The notes: generated by a model not told the origin, from the letters alone. A DNA stretch of 64,000 nt from Phycisphaerae bacterium (GCA_041652575.1 JBAZHC010000014.1:7137-71136); one strand, 5' to 3'. Shown: positions 21,231-30,422, counted from the first letter of the stretch. Numbers and translations are program-made.

Positions 21231-21941
21231 ATGGATGCAAGTCGCGTTACGTCGTTATCTGTTTTTTTCCCGTGTTTCAACGAACAGGAGAATGTTGAAA
21301 AGACTGTAAAGTCCGCATCGGATGTCCTGTCGCCTTTAAAAATAGATTATGAGATTATTATTGTAAATGACGGCAGCAGGGATAAAACCGGTCAAATCGC
21401 CGACAGGCTGGCGGCGGAAAATAAAAACGTAAAAGTTGTTCATCATCAGACAAATCTCGGTTACGGCGCAGCGCTTCAGAGCGGTTTTAAGGCCGCGGCC
21501 AAAGAATATGTCTTTTATACGGACGGCGACGGGCAATTCGATATCAAAGAACTGCCTTCGTTATTCAAATATACCGCTGATTACGATATCGTAAGCGGTT
21601 ACCGTATCAGGAGGCAGGACAACCTGATAAGGAAAATAAACGCTTTTTGCTGGACGACGCTTGTCTGTATATTATTTAAAATGAAAATAAAAGACATAGA
21701 CGGCGCTTTCAAGCTTTACAAACGCAGTATATTCGACGATATAAAAATGAAAAGCACCGGCGCACTGATAAATACGGAAATTTTCGCCCGGGCGAAAAAC
21801 AAAGGATATAAAATAACCCAGATCGGCGTGCACCATTATCCGAGAACTGCCGGAACGCAAACCGGTGCGAAACTAAGTGTTATACTAAGAGCATTCAGGG
21901 AACTTTTCGTTCTCTACAAGCAGATTAAAGAAGATAAATAA
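21231..21941 (+). CDS. Glycosyltransferase family 2 (polyprenol-phosphate mannose/glucose synthase-like)
   Basis: LSVFFPCFNEQENV...IIVNDGSRDKT...YTDGDGQF (DxD) is the GT2 DPM1-like pattern. Confidence 0.85.
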   Translation: MDASRVTSLSVFFPCFNEQENVEKTVKSASDVLSPLKIDYEIIIVNDGSRDKTGQIADRLAAENKNVKVVHHQTNLGYGAALQSGFKAAAKEYVFYTDGDGQFDIKELPSLFKYTADYDIVSGYRIRRQDNLIRKINAFCWTTLVCILFKMKIKDIDGAFKLYKRSIFDDIKMKSTGALINTEIFARAKNKGYKITQIGVHHYPRTAGTQTGAKLSVILRAFRELFVLYKQIKEDK

Positions 21942-23089
21942 TGCAATTTCAAACAAGCAGCCAGTTCGTCAGATACGACCAGAAAGTCCATATCTATTCA
22001 CAGGCGTTATTGAATAACCTTAAAGCCGTCAGGGGCGCGTGCAGGCCCGAAACGAAATTATGCGCCGTCATCAAGGCCAACGGATACGGACACGGCATCA
22101 GGGATATTGTGAATATCCTTAAAAAGGGGAATGTCGATTTCTTTGCGGTCGCCAATGTTTACGAAGCGGCTTTTATCGCCGATACTGTCGAACAGATAAA
22201 AATTCTCATACTTGAGCCTGTTCATACCGCCTACAGCAGCGAGGCCATTCAGCTATGCGCCAGGAAGGGATTCCACTGTGCCGTTGTCGATACTGAAACG
22301 CTGCGATTCGTTCAGGATTGCCTGAAAACCACGTCGGATGTATTGAACGTTCATATAAAAGTCGAAACCGGCATGGGACGCTGCGGAATAGATGCCGAAA
22401 AAGCGGATGAATTGATTAAGCAAATCAGGTCTTTTCCGAATGTTAAACTTGCAGGCGTATATACTCATTTTTCCACGGCCGCAGAGAAAAATCTTTCTTA
22501 TGCCGAGCAGCAGCTTGAAAAATTCAGGAAATTTCTGTCCGGCCAATCCCTGCTTGCCTGTAAAGATGTTATTATTCACGCCGCCAACAGTGCCGCCATG
22601 CTAAATATGCCCGAGGCGCATTTCGATATGGTCCGCTGCGGAATAGCGATTTTCGGCTGGGTGGAACATCCGGATCTGCTCAAAATAAAACTTACCCCCG
22701 CGATGAAATTTGAGATACCGATAGTCCAGCTTAACCATTACAAAAAAGACCAGACCGTCGGCTACGGCAGAACGTTCACCGCCTGGCGGGATACAATCGG
22801 GGCGATTGTGCCGATAGGCTACGCCGATAATTACTGGCGGCTGTATTCGAACAATGCCGTTATGAAGGTCGGCGATAATTTTGCTCAGGTCATCGGCAGG
22901 GTAAGTATGGATAAAACCATAATTGATGTTACCGATATTCCCAATGTCGCGGTCGGTCAATATGTAACCGTCATCGACAACGACCCCAAGAGTATGTGCA
23001 GCGTATATAGATTAGCTGAAATGGCAGATACGATATGTCACGAAGTTTTGACTTCGCTCCCCGCAAGGGCGTTAAGAATTATTCACTAA
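21941..23089 (+). CDS. alr: Alanine racemase
   Basis: PLP-lysine motif AVIKANGYGHG. 382 aa with alr-like C-terminal beta domain. Confidence 0.85.
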   Translation: MQFQTSSQFVRYDQKVHIYSQALLNNLKAVRGACRPETKLCAVIKANGYGHGIRDIVNILKKGNVDFFAVANVYEAAFIADTVEQIKILILEPVHTAYSSEAIQLCARKGFHCAVVDTETLRFVQDCLKTTSDVLNVHIKVETGMGRCGIDAEKADELIKQIRSFPNVKLAGVYTHFSTAAEKNLSYAEQQLEKFRKFLSGQSLLACKDVIIHAANSAAMLNMPEAHFDMVRCGIAIFGWVEHPDLLKIKLTPAMKFEIPIVQLNHYKKDQTVGYGRTFTAWRDTIGAIVPIGYADNYWRLYSNNAVMKVGDNFAQVIGRVSMDKTIIDVTDIPNVAVGQYVTVIDNDPKSMCSVYRLAEMADTICHEVLTSLPARALRIIH

Positions 23090-23530
23090 GTCTTTAAGCT
23101 TTTTTATCGCTAAAGCAGCAACATCCTTATGGTCGAATGCCATATTTTCCGGCAGGGCGTCAATCTCGAACCATTTCGCTTCGGCAGCGTCATCTCCGCC
23201 TTTGATTTCCGTCTTTTTAGTTGTGCCGATAAACGCGACAGTAATATTTCTGCCTCGCGGGTCTCTGCCGCATCTGCCGAAAGTGTAAAACTGCTCAAGT
23301 TTGACTCCCGTTAGCCCTGTTTCCTCGGCAAGCTCTCTTGCGACAGCGATTTCAAGCTCCTCGTCCATCTCCACAAAGCCGCCCGGAAATGCCCACTGAC
23401 CCTTAAACGGCTCATTGCCCCGTTTTATCAGCAGTACTTTGGGTTTGCTGCCGCTTACGTCGAAGACTATGGCATCGACCGTAACCATCGGTCTGGGCCA
23501 GTCGTAAATATATTTTCCCTTTTCAGCCAT
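23072..23530 (-). CDS. NUDIX hydrolase
   Basis: Nudix box GGFVEMDEELEIAVARELAEETGL (GX5EX7REUXEEXGU). Confidence 0.85.
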   Translation of the reverse strand: MAEKGKYIYDWPRPMVTVDAIVFDVSGSKPKVLLIKRGNEPFKGQWAFPGGFVEMDEELEIAVARELAEETGLTGVKLEQFYTFGRCGRDPRGRNITVAFIGTTKKTEIKGGDDAAEAKWFEIDALPENMAFDHKDVAALAIKKLKDLVNNS

Positions 23531-23614
23531 ATTCGAATATTAACAAACCGGACGGAAAAAATACAAACAAAAAGCCCTTTGATAATAATCGATATTCGAT
23601 TAAAATACCGCTCA

Positions 23615-24496
23615 ATGAATCCTTGTATGATACCGATAATCGTAAAATTGAAACTGGCCGCCGGCTGGAAGGGCGTTGCCCTTGAGCAATGGTCCGACTT
23701 TGCCTTCGACCCGGAGAAATTAACTCAAAAGCCAGACACGATATTCAAATCGGAAAACGGCAATGTTACCGCCTTAAAGCAAATCGAAATCAAAGGCAAA
23801 AAGATTTTCTTCGTCGTCAAAAAAAACGTCAGGCGCACCGGCATAAGGGCTCTCGGCGATTTACTCAGGGCGCCGAAATCGTTAAGAAATTTCTATCTTG
23901 CCGTGATACTGAAACAAAAGAACATCGAGGTCGCCGAACCGGTGGCCGCTTTATGGCATCGAAAATATGGAAGCATTTATATAACCGAATATATTCAAAA
24001 CAGTTTGAATCTTTATGATATTGCGTTTGGCAAAGATAAGGAAATTATTAAAAACTTCTCCGCGAGAAAAACTGTTATAAGGCAGGTCGCCCAGGTACTT
24101 GCGAAACTGAATAAATCTAATTTCTGGCACAGGGACCCGAAAGCCGGTAATTTTATCATATATAAAGACGGCGGTATTTACAGGGTTAAGCTTATCGACC
24201 TTGACGGCATAAAACAGGACTCCGCCGGCCGCCGAGAAAATCATATAAAAACCATTTCTAAACTTGCCGAGAGCCTGATTCGTTTCAAAGCGGTCAATTT
24301 TGCTGACTTGTACAGGGGCTTTTTGATTTACTGTAATACGATGGGTATAGATGATACAGAGACAAGAGAACTTTTCCGTAAAGTGGCAAAAATAACTGTC
24401 GCCGCAAGGCTTTTAACGATAATTTCAGATTCATATAAACTTAAGATTCTTATATATCTCTGTGTCCTCTGTGAACTCTGTGGCAAAATTAAATGA
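23615..24496 (+). CDS. Lipopolysaccharide kinase (Kdo/WaaP)-family protein kinase-like
   Basis: HRDPKAGNFII and LIDLDG catalytic-loop-like motifs. I prefer ATG 23615 over the TTG at 23579. The last ~12 codons are encoded by a repeat element. Confidence 0.6.
   Translation: MNPCMIPIIVKLKLAAGWKGVALEQWSDFAFDPEKLTQKPDTIFKSENGNVTALKQIEIKGKKIFFVVKKNVRRTGIRALGDLLRAPKSLRNFYLAVILKQKNIEVAEPVAALWHRKYGSIYITEYIQNSLNLYDIAFGKDKEIIKNFSARKTVIRQVAQVLAKLNKSNFWHRDPKAGNFIIYKDGGIYRVKLIDLDGIKQDSAGRRENHIKTISKLAESLIRFKAVNFADLYRGFLIYCNTMGIDDTETRELFRKVAKITVAARLLTIISDSYKLKILIYLCVLCELCGKIK
24453..24485 (+). repeat. 32/33-nt element TATATCTCTGTGTCCTCTGTGAACTCTGTGGC (3x CTCTGTG at 9-nt period), copy 1
   Basis: Identical to 25554-25585. 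Ends 8 nt before the GT9 ATG and lies inside the 3' end of the kinase ORF. Confidence 0.9.
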
Positions 24497-25530
24497 CTGA
24501 ACAGATTAAAAAAATACTCATAATAAAACCAAGCGCGCTGGGCGATATTGTTATGGCGATGCCCGCGGCCTGCTGCCTGGCCGAAAATTTCCCTGATGCG
24601 CAGATACATTGGTTTGTCAGGCCGGAATATTCGTCAATCCTTGAAAATCATCCGTGTGTCCATAAAACTGTAATTTTCGACCGCAAAAAATTAGGCAAAT
24701 GGTGGTACAAACCGGCCGCTTTTGCCGAACTTGTCAGGCTGATAAGGCAGTTAAGAAAAGAAAAATACGATATTGTTTTCGATTTTCAGGGCAGGTTCAG
24801 AAGCGCGATTTTCGCGTGGTTCAGCGGCTGTAAAAAAAGAATCGGTATGACCCCGACGCAGGAAATCACCGGTCTGTTTTATACCAGCCGAATAGCACAG
24901 CCACAAAGTTCGCCTCACGTTGTCGATTATTTTCTCGATATGGTCTTCAGTGTGGGCGTGAAAAAAAGCAAAGTTCATTTTGACTTAAAACCCCAGCCGC
25001 AGGCAATAGCTGAAATACAAAAAATCATGGCCGAGCATCGGGTCAATAAAGATAATTATGTTATATTTGTGCCCGGAGCTACGGTTGAAACGAAAAAATG
25101 GCCGATAGAGAACTTCGCCGCTCTTGCCGATAATGTTCATAAAAAATATCAGTGTGGCATTGCCGCCGTTGGCGTTGAGGCCGAACGCCAAACCGCCGAA
25201 AAACTTCAGGAACTGACAGATGTTTCTGTGGTCAATCTTGCCGGCAAAACGAATATAAGCCGGCTTATTGCTCTTCTGGCCGGTGCCAAAATAGTTGTCA
25301 GCAATGATACCGGCCCTGCGCATATAGCCGCGGCATTGGGCGTGCCTATGGTTTTGATTTTCGGCTTTACCAATCCAGCCAGAGTCGGCCCTTACGGCCG
25401 GCCGCAAACCGTCGCCGCGATTGACCCCGACAAAAGAGGCAGTGATGTCGAAAGTACCAATCCGGCTCACGATATAAAAAATGTAACGGTCGAAACTGTT
25501 TTCGAACTAATCTGCGGACAATTGGGGTAA
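24493..25530 (+). CDS. Glycosyltransferase family 9 (heptosyltransferase-like)
   Basis: KPSALGDIVMAMP N-terminal motif and SNDTGPAHIAAALGVPMV C-terminal motif, both typical of GT9. Confidence 0.85.
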   Translation: MTEQIKKILIIKPSALGDIVMAMPAACCLAENFPDAQIHWFVRPEYSSILENHPCVHKTVIFDRKKLGKWWYKPAAFAELVRLIRQLRKEKYDIVFDFQGRFRSAIFAWFSGCKKRIGMTPTQEITGLFYTSRIAQPQSSPHVVDYFLDMVFSVGVKKSKVHFDLKPQPQAIAEIQKIMAEHRVNKDNYVIFVPGATVETKKWPIENFAALADNVHKKYQCGIAAVGVEAERQTAEKLQELTDVSVVNLAGKTNISRLIALLAGAKIVVSNDTGPAHIAAALGVPMVLIFGFTNPARVGPYGRPQTVAAIDPDKRGSDVESTNPAHDIKNVTVETVFELICGQLG

Positions 25531-25553
25531 TCATATTAATGTCCATTAAATAT

Positions 25554-25609
25554 TTATATCTCTGTGTCCTCTGTGAACTCTGTGGCTAAAAATAAAAATA
25601 TCTCTGTGG
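25554..25609 (+). repeat. Copy 2 of the CTCTGTG x3 element plus an extra ATATCTCTGTGGC half-unit
   Basis: 25554-25585 is identical to 24454-24485. A further CTCTGTGGC lies at 25601-25609. Located in the GT9/DUF2062 intergenic spacer. Confidence 0.9.
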
Positions 25610-25629
25610 CAAAAAAAAGAAAACATCCG

Positions 25630-26148
25630 ATGCTGCGTTATCTTGAGTATAAGATTTTGCACATAGACGATTCGCCCGCCAAAATCGCTCTCGGTCTTGC
25701 CCTTGGTTTGTTTGTCGCATGGACGCCTCTGCTCGGATTGCATATTCTGATAGTTATCGCTTTGGCAATCCTTTTCCGCGCCAATAAATTCGTGGCCATC
25801 ACGAGTGTCTGGGTTTCCAATGTCTTTACTTTTGCGATTATCTATTATCCCGCCTATCTCGTCGGCAGGGCCGTATGCGGCATTTTCCCTAATTACAGGC
25901 AGTCGGGCGGTCAGCAGGTTTCGACATCTTTTAATCAGCTCTTTGCTCCGATGAATATGATTTCTGGTTTTTACACAAAAGCGTACTGGTTGCAATTTTG
26001 GGTTCTTCTTAAAAAAATTGGACCGGAATTATGGATTGGCTGTTTCCTTGTCGGTGGTATGACCGCTGTTATCTCTTATATAATCTGCTATAAACTTATC
26101 ATGAGTCATCGCGCAAAAAGCCCCCATCGAAGATACAGACATTATTAA
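25630..26148 (+). CDS. DUF2062-family membrane protein
   Basis: I prefer ATG 25630, because the GTG 25564 extension reads through the repeat. DSPAKIALGLALGLFVAWTPLLGLH is DUF2062-like. Confidence 0.7.
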   Translation: MLRYLEYKILHIDDSPAKIALGLALGLFVAWTPLLGLHILIVIALAILFRANKFVAITSVWVSNVFTFAIIYYPAYLVGRAVCGIFPNYRQSGGQQVSTSFNQLFAPMNMISGFYTKAYWLQFWVLLKKIGPELWIGCFLVGGMTAVISYIICYKLIMSHRAKSPHRRYRHY

Positions 26149-26231
26149 GCGGCAACGCCGATTAGTCCGCCTCGAAGCGAAGCGTATATCCCGATGCATC
26201 GGGGCTCAATTAAAAATTAAAAACTAAAAAT

Positions 26232-26651
26232 TCAAAACTTTTTTTCCTGTTTCCATTTATGCCCGCAGTTTTTGCAGGTATATTTTTTAACAGGAAAACT
26301 TAACGGCACCCGGAAAAGCACCAGGAACGACAGTAAAAACGCCCAGCGGGAATAATGTTCATAACTGACATTGGTACTTTTGCATATCGGGCAGATTATA
26401 TCGTATTCCTTGTCTTCGTTTGATATTTCCGGCTTGTGTATATTCGCAAGAATTTCCATTGCCTTTTCTTTATCGGATTCTTTTATGCACAGCTCCACTC
26501 CGCCTACCGCGGGTGAATATAAGCCGTAAGTGGCGACAAAATTATCGCCGCCGAGAAAGCATTTAATCTCTTCCGATTCGAGAGCTATCTTTGCGATTTC
26601 CGCCTGCAGATAATCGTCATACCTCGCAATTTTTATTATCTTGTCGTCCAT
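26232..26651 (-). CDS. DUF2007-like (putative signal-transducing) domain fused to a zinc ribbon/TM segment
   Basis: The N-terminus (IARYDDYLQAEIAKIALESEEIKCFL) resembles DUF2007. CPICK...CKNCGH flanks a hydrophobic stretch. Confidence 0.5.
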   Translation of the reverse strand: MDDKIIKIARYDDYLQAEIAKIALESEEIKCFLGGDNFVATYGLYSPAVGGVELCIKESDKEKAMEILANIHKPEISNEDKEYDIICPICKSTNVSYEHYSRWAFLLSFLVLFRVPLSFPVKKYTCKNCGHKWKQEKKF

Positions 26652-26910
26652 ACTGTTAAATTATACCTCTATTATAAAAATATTCCACCAATAATCATTC
26701 ACAACGTATCAGAGCCCCAAGCGTTAGCGCGGGGTAATTCATAATTGGTTAGCCCTGCCATCACGATGGCAGGGTTCGTTGCGAGGAGTGAAACGACGAA
26801 GCAATCTTATTTACCCCCAACTTGGAGTTTACCCTCGCGAATGCGGGGGGCGTGATTTCCTTGACCAATTCCCCACTCTCTAAAACTCCCAATGCAAAAA
26901 TCTTAAGTGT

Positions 26911-26995
26911 CTATACTCGTATGCAGTATACTGCATACGAGTATAGTGGGAAAAAATAAGAACTTCAAAGAAGTTGATATTATTGCTTTAAAGCC
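26911..26995. repeat. 36-nt perfect palindrome (26911-26946) plus ~49-nt conserved flank, copy 1
   Basis: CTATACTCGTATGCAGTA|TACTGCATACGAGTATAG. The flank tgggaaaaaataagaacttcaaagaagttgatattattgctttaaagcc recurs inverted at 30866-30910. Confidence 0.9.
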
Positions 26996-27022
26996 TGAGC
27001 TCTACCTGCCCAGCCGAACTTT

Positions 27023-27091
27023 CTCGTCCTTCCGTCCCTTGCCCTGCATAGCATGTAGTGCGACGTAGGGTTAACGAAGGAGGAAGCGAAG
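27023..27091 (+). repeat. ~70-nt REP-like repeat, copy 1 (second copy at 55055-55124)
   Basis: ctcgtccttccgtcccttgccctgcatagcatgtagtgcgacgtagggttaacgaaggaggaagcgaag is about 90% identical by eye to 55055-55124, in the same orientation. Confidence 0.85.
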
Positions 27092-27107
27092 GCGGGTGGC
27101 TAAAATG

Positions 27108-27165
27108 ATTCGTGCGTATTCGTGTTTATTAGTGGTTTAAATTCGTGCCTTAGTGCCTTTGTGGC
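27108..27165. repeat. Short-period GTG/CAC array abutting the ileS stop codon
   Basis: attcgtgcgtattcgtgtttattagtggtttaaattcgtgccttagtgcctttgtggc. The last 25 nt are the inverted match (22/25) of 30081-30105. Confidence 0.8.
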
Positions 27166-30008
27166 TATATTTGCTTCACGACCTCGCCACAGCGACTGCA
27201 CAGCTCCGGCTGTTCCGCGTCTTTGCCAACGCTTGGCCAATAGTTCCAGCATCTTGCGCATTTTTGATGCGGGCTCTTCTCGGCACTAATGGGCTTTTCA
27301 CTCTTTTCTTTATTAAGTTTTATCTCGCTGACGATGCAAAGGGCCGCAAAGTTTTTAACGCCGAACTGTTCGACTATACCGATTAACTCGCCGTCGTCTG
27401 TGGATATTATTACAGACGATTCCTGGTTACTTGCGATGGCCTGTTTCTGGCGAAGTCCCTCAAGTTCTTTTAATACTTCATCGCGCAGAGACATCAGTTT
27501 TTCCCATTTATGTTCTTCTTTCTGCCAGTCGATTGACTTATCGACTTTCGGCATACTCAAAAGATGAACGCTTTCTGCCTTTTCGCTTTTCACGCCTATA
27601 GACTCATATATCTCTTCAGCCGTATGAGCCAGAACCGGAGCAAGCAGTCTCGCGAGGGCGTCGAGTATGGAATACATCGCTGTTTGAGCGCTTCGGCGTG
27701 AAGGTGAATCTTTCCCGTCGCAGTAAAGTCTGTCTTTAAGCAAATCCATATAAATACTGCTCATTTCGATTGAGCAGAAATTGTAAACGAGCGTATAGAC
27801 TTTATGGAACAGGAAATTTTCATAAGCCGATGTAACTTCGCCGATAAGTTTTTGTAACTGCTGCACGGCCCATCGGTCAATCTCGAACATTTTATCGTAA
27901 GAAACGCTGTTTGTCGCGGGGTCGAAATCGGAGATATTGCCCAGCAGATAGCGTATGGTATTTCTGATTTTCCGGTATGCGTCCTGCAGTCTTGCGATAA
28001 GCGTATCGCTGCATCGCATATCTTCCTGATAATTTACACTTGAGACCCAGAGCCTGAGAATATCTGAGCCGTATTTTGTGATTTCTTCCTGAGCGTTGAC
28101 GTAGTTGCCCAGCGACTTGGATTGTTTCCTGCCTTCCGCATCGACAGTAAATCCGTGCGTCAGTACCGTTTTGAAAGGTTCCATACCTGTCACGCCCAGG
28201 GCAGGCAGGAGTGAAAGCTGGAACCAGCCTCTGTGTTGGTCTGAGCCTTCCAGATATAAATCGACCGGCACCGGCCAGCCCGCCTGTTTTGCTACACTGA
28301 ACCACGAACAGCCTGATTCGAACCAGACGTCGAAGATATTTTCTTCTTTTTGCAGGTCCTCGAAGCCAAAGCCTGCCGGCAGTTTAAAGTCTTCGCCGAG
28401 TATTTCCTTTGGCGAATCTATGAACCAGCTATCGGAGCCTTTTTGTCGGATATGTGCAGAAACTGCCAGTACGGATTCTTTTGTTAAAAGAGTTTTTCCC
28501 TCTGAATTATAAAATACCGGTATCGGCATTCCCCAGCATCTTTGCCGTGAAATACACCAATCAGGCCTGGATTCGAGCATTCCGGTAATCCGTTTTTCGC
28601 CCCAGCTCGGTATCCATTTTACTTTTGGAATTCTCTCCAGTGCCAGCTGCCTCAGATTTTTCCCATCCGGCATCGGCCTATCCACCGAAATAAACCATTG
28701 ATCCGTAGCCCGAAAAATGACTGGCATTCTGCTGCGCCAGCAGTGCGGATATGAATGGGTGATTTGGCCCTCGGAGAAAAGCAGGCCTTTGGTTTTCAGG
28801 CACTCATTTACTTCCTTGTCAACCTTTAAGACATTCTTTCCACAGAGCCAGGCCGGAACCGTATCATCATAACAGCCGTCATCCATAACCGGCGAATAAA
28901 CCGCCAGTTTATTCTGTTGGCCGGCGACATAATCTTCAACACCATGGCCGGGAGCGGTATGAACAAGACCTGTACCGTCCTCTGTCGTTACGAAATTGGC
29001 GCTGATTACAAGATAAGCGTCCTTATCTGTCGGGTTCTTCTCGACAAAAGGATGCTGATACCTCAAACCAACCAAATCACTGCCCTTTACCGTCTTCTCG
29101 CTGGCAGTGTAATTTTCAAGTTTACCGACCGCGACAACCGCCTCAAGCCGAGCCTGCGCAATAATCGACGTAAATTTCCTGCCATTCTGAAAATAACTAA
29201 CCGCCTTATAGTCAAGGTCAGGATTGGCAGCAATCGCAAGATTAGCGGCCAATGTCCACGGCGTAGTCGTCCATATCATAAAACAAACATCGCCGCCATC
29301 TCCTCCGGCAAGGCCGAGAGATTTCAATTTATCTATAGAATCTTTCGTCGCAGGGAAATTAACAAAGATGCTCGGCGAGGTAATATCCTCATACTCCAGC
29401 TCTGCATCGGCAAGCGCCGTCTGACAGCCGACACTCCAATGAATCGGCTTGAGCTGTTTATAGACGAGGCCTTTGCCCACAAGCTCGGCAAAGACTTCGC
29501 AGATGCCCGCTTCGTATTGCGGCTTGAGAGTCAGATACGGATTTTCAAAATCGCCGAATATGCCGAGGTCCTTAAACTGCTTCGATTGCAGTTTTACATA
29601 TTTGCTCGCGTATTGCTTGCAGAGCTTTCTGATTTCGAGCTTGCTCATCGTTTTGGCTTTTTCGCCAAGCTCGGTAAAAACCTTCGCCTCGATAGGCAGG
29701 CCGTGACAGTCCCAGCCGGGCACGTAAGGAGCCTTGAAGCCGGACATCGTTTTGTATTTGATAACGATGTCTTTTAAGACCTTGTTTATAACGTGGCCCA
29801 TGTGAATATCGCCGTTGGCGTAAGGGGGTCCATCGTGGAGAGTATATTGAGGCGAATCGGCCTTTGAATCGAGAATCTTTTTGTAGATTTCCATCTTGTC
29901 CCATGCTTTTCGCTGGGCCGGCTCGCGCTGGGTCAGATTGGCCTTCATCGCAAAGTTCGTCTTAGGCAGATTTAACGTCTTACTGTAGTTTTTCTTGTCT
30001 TCAGTCAT
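27165..30008 (-). CDS. ileS: Isoleucyl-tRNA synthetase
   Basis: HIGH motif (PYANGDIHMGH), KMSKS-like KQSKSLG, editing-domain-length insertion, C-terminal Cys zinc motif. I prefer ATG 30008 over the TTG at 30032. Confidence 0.95.
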   Translation of the reverse strand: MTEDKKNYSKTLNLPKTNFAMKANLTQREPAQRKAWDKMEIYKKILDSKADSPQYTLHDGPPYANGDIHMGHVINKVLKDIVIKYKTMSGFKAPYVPGWDCHGLPIEAKVFTELGEKAKTMSKLEIRKLCKQYASKYVKLQSKQFKDLGIFGDFENPYLTLKPQYEAGICEVFAELVGKGLVYKQLKPIHWSVGCQTALADAELEYEDITSPSIFVNFPATKDSIDKLKSLGLAGGDGGDVCFMIWTTTPWTLAANLAIAANPDLDYKAVSYFQNGRKFTSIIAQARLEAVVAVGKLENYTASEKTVKGSDLVGLRYQHPFVEKNPTDKDAYLVISANFVTTEDGTGLVHTAPGHGVEDYVAGQQNKLAVYSPVMDDGCYDDTVPAWLCGKNVLKVDKEVNECLKTKGLLFSEGQITHSYPHCWRSRMPVIFRATDQWFISVDRPMPDGKNLRQLALERIPKVKWIPSWGEKRITGMLESRPDWCISRQRCWGMPIPVFYNSEGKTLLTKESVLAVSAHIRQKGSDSWFIDSPKEILGEDFKLPAGFGFEDLQKEENIFDVWFESGCSWFSVAKQAGWPVPVDLYLEGSDQHRGWFQLSLLPALGVTGMEPFKTVLTHGFTVDAEGRKQSKSLGNYVNAQEEITKYGSDILRLWVSSVNYQEDMRCSDTLIARLQDAYRKIRNTIRYLLGNISDFDPATNSVSYDKMFEIDRWAVQQLQKLIGEVTSAYENFLFHKVYTLVYNFCSIEMSSIYMDLLKDRLYCDGKDSPSRRSAQTAMYSILDALARLLAPVLAHTAEEIYESIGVKSEKAESVHLLSMPKVDKSIDWQKEEHKWEKLMSLRDEVLKELEGLRQKQAIASNQESSVIISTDDGELIGIVEQFGVKNFAALCIVSEIKLNKEKSEKPISAEKSPHQKCARCWNYWPSVGKDAEQPELCSRCGEVVKQI

Positions 30009-30035
30009 TATTTTAAGTCCCTGATAAAGCAAAAC

Positions 30036-30064
30036 ATAATAGTTTCTATTTTATTGCCTGTCAA
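30036..30064 (-). promoter_or_regulatory. Candidate sigma70-type promoter of ileS
   Basis: On the minus strand, TTGACA (30064-30059), a 17-nt spacer, then TATTAT (30041-30036). The -10 hexamer ends 27 nt upstream of the ATG at 30008. Confidence 0.5.
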
Positions 30065-30080
30065 GTGGTTATGGAAAATA

Positions 30081-30142
30081 GCCACAAAGTCACCAAGACA
30101 CGAATTAACACTGTATTTCACCACAGAGAACACAGAGAACAC
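30081..30142. repeat. CAC-core short-period arrays (module 1)
   Basis: gccacaaagtcaccaagacacgaat (30081-30105), linker ttaacactgtatttcaccac, then CACAGAG repeated at 9-nt period (30122-30142). Confidence 0.8.
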
Positions 30143-30203
30143 CCCCGCAGATTCTCGACGAATCTAATCGCGGGGGTCTCCGCTCCGCTTCGACAGAGAC
30201 GCT

Positions 30204-30322
30204 ATTGCTTTAAGGCGTCCCTATCGGGACTATCAAAATCAAACAAACCCCTCTTTAAAGCAAGCTTTAGCCGGGGTTGGCGTTTGATTTTCGGCCCCTA
30301 AGGGGCTTAGCCTTAAAGCAAT
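30204..30322. repeat. Structured ~120-nt element A (candidate ncRNA or MITE-like hairpin element)
   Basis: 13-bp closing helix ATTGCTTTAAGGC/GCCTTAAAGCAAT encloses three hairpins. Same architecture as 30751-30875, with compensatory differences. Confidence 0.6.
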
Positions 30323-30365
30323 AAAACTTCGTCAACAGGTTGATAATCAGTTTATATAACAAAAA

Positions 30366-30400
30366 AGCCTTCCGGATTTTTTGACCCCGGAAGGCTTTTA
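30366..30400. terminator. Bidirectional terminator-like hairpin
   Basis: AGCCTTCCGG (30366-30375) pairs with CCGGAAGGCT (30387-30396). It is flanked by an A-run on the 5' side and TTTT on the 3' side. Confidence 0.5.
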
Positions 30401-30422
30401 AATAGTAGTTTAAAAGAGCCTT

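Noticed and set aside
26652-27164. A known housekeeping ncRNA (RNase P RNA, SRP RNA, tmRNA, 6S) in the 0.5-kb gene-free region.
   Set aside because: None of the conserved cores I know (for example the GAGGAAAGTCCGG of RNase P, the SRP domain IV motif, the tmRNA tRNA-like ends) is present. The region decomposes into REP-like hairpins and repeats shared with other loci.
30009-30200. T-box or other known leader upstream of ileS.
   Set aside because: The candidate promoter leaves only ~20-25 nt of 5' UTR. I see no T-box consensus (AGGGTGGNACCGCG-like) or specifier-loop structure. The sequences further upstream belong to the repeat modules.
30065-30301. 78-aa ORF (…FHHREHREHPRRF…), together with the ORF-track N-terminal extensions at 25564-25629 (MSSVNSVAKNK…) and 25546-25995.
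   Set aside because: The peptides are translations of the CAC/GTG tandem arrays and structured repeats. They have no RBS and no coding-like composition. Downstream ATGs with better context exist for the real gene (25630).
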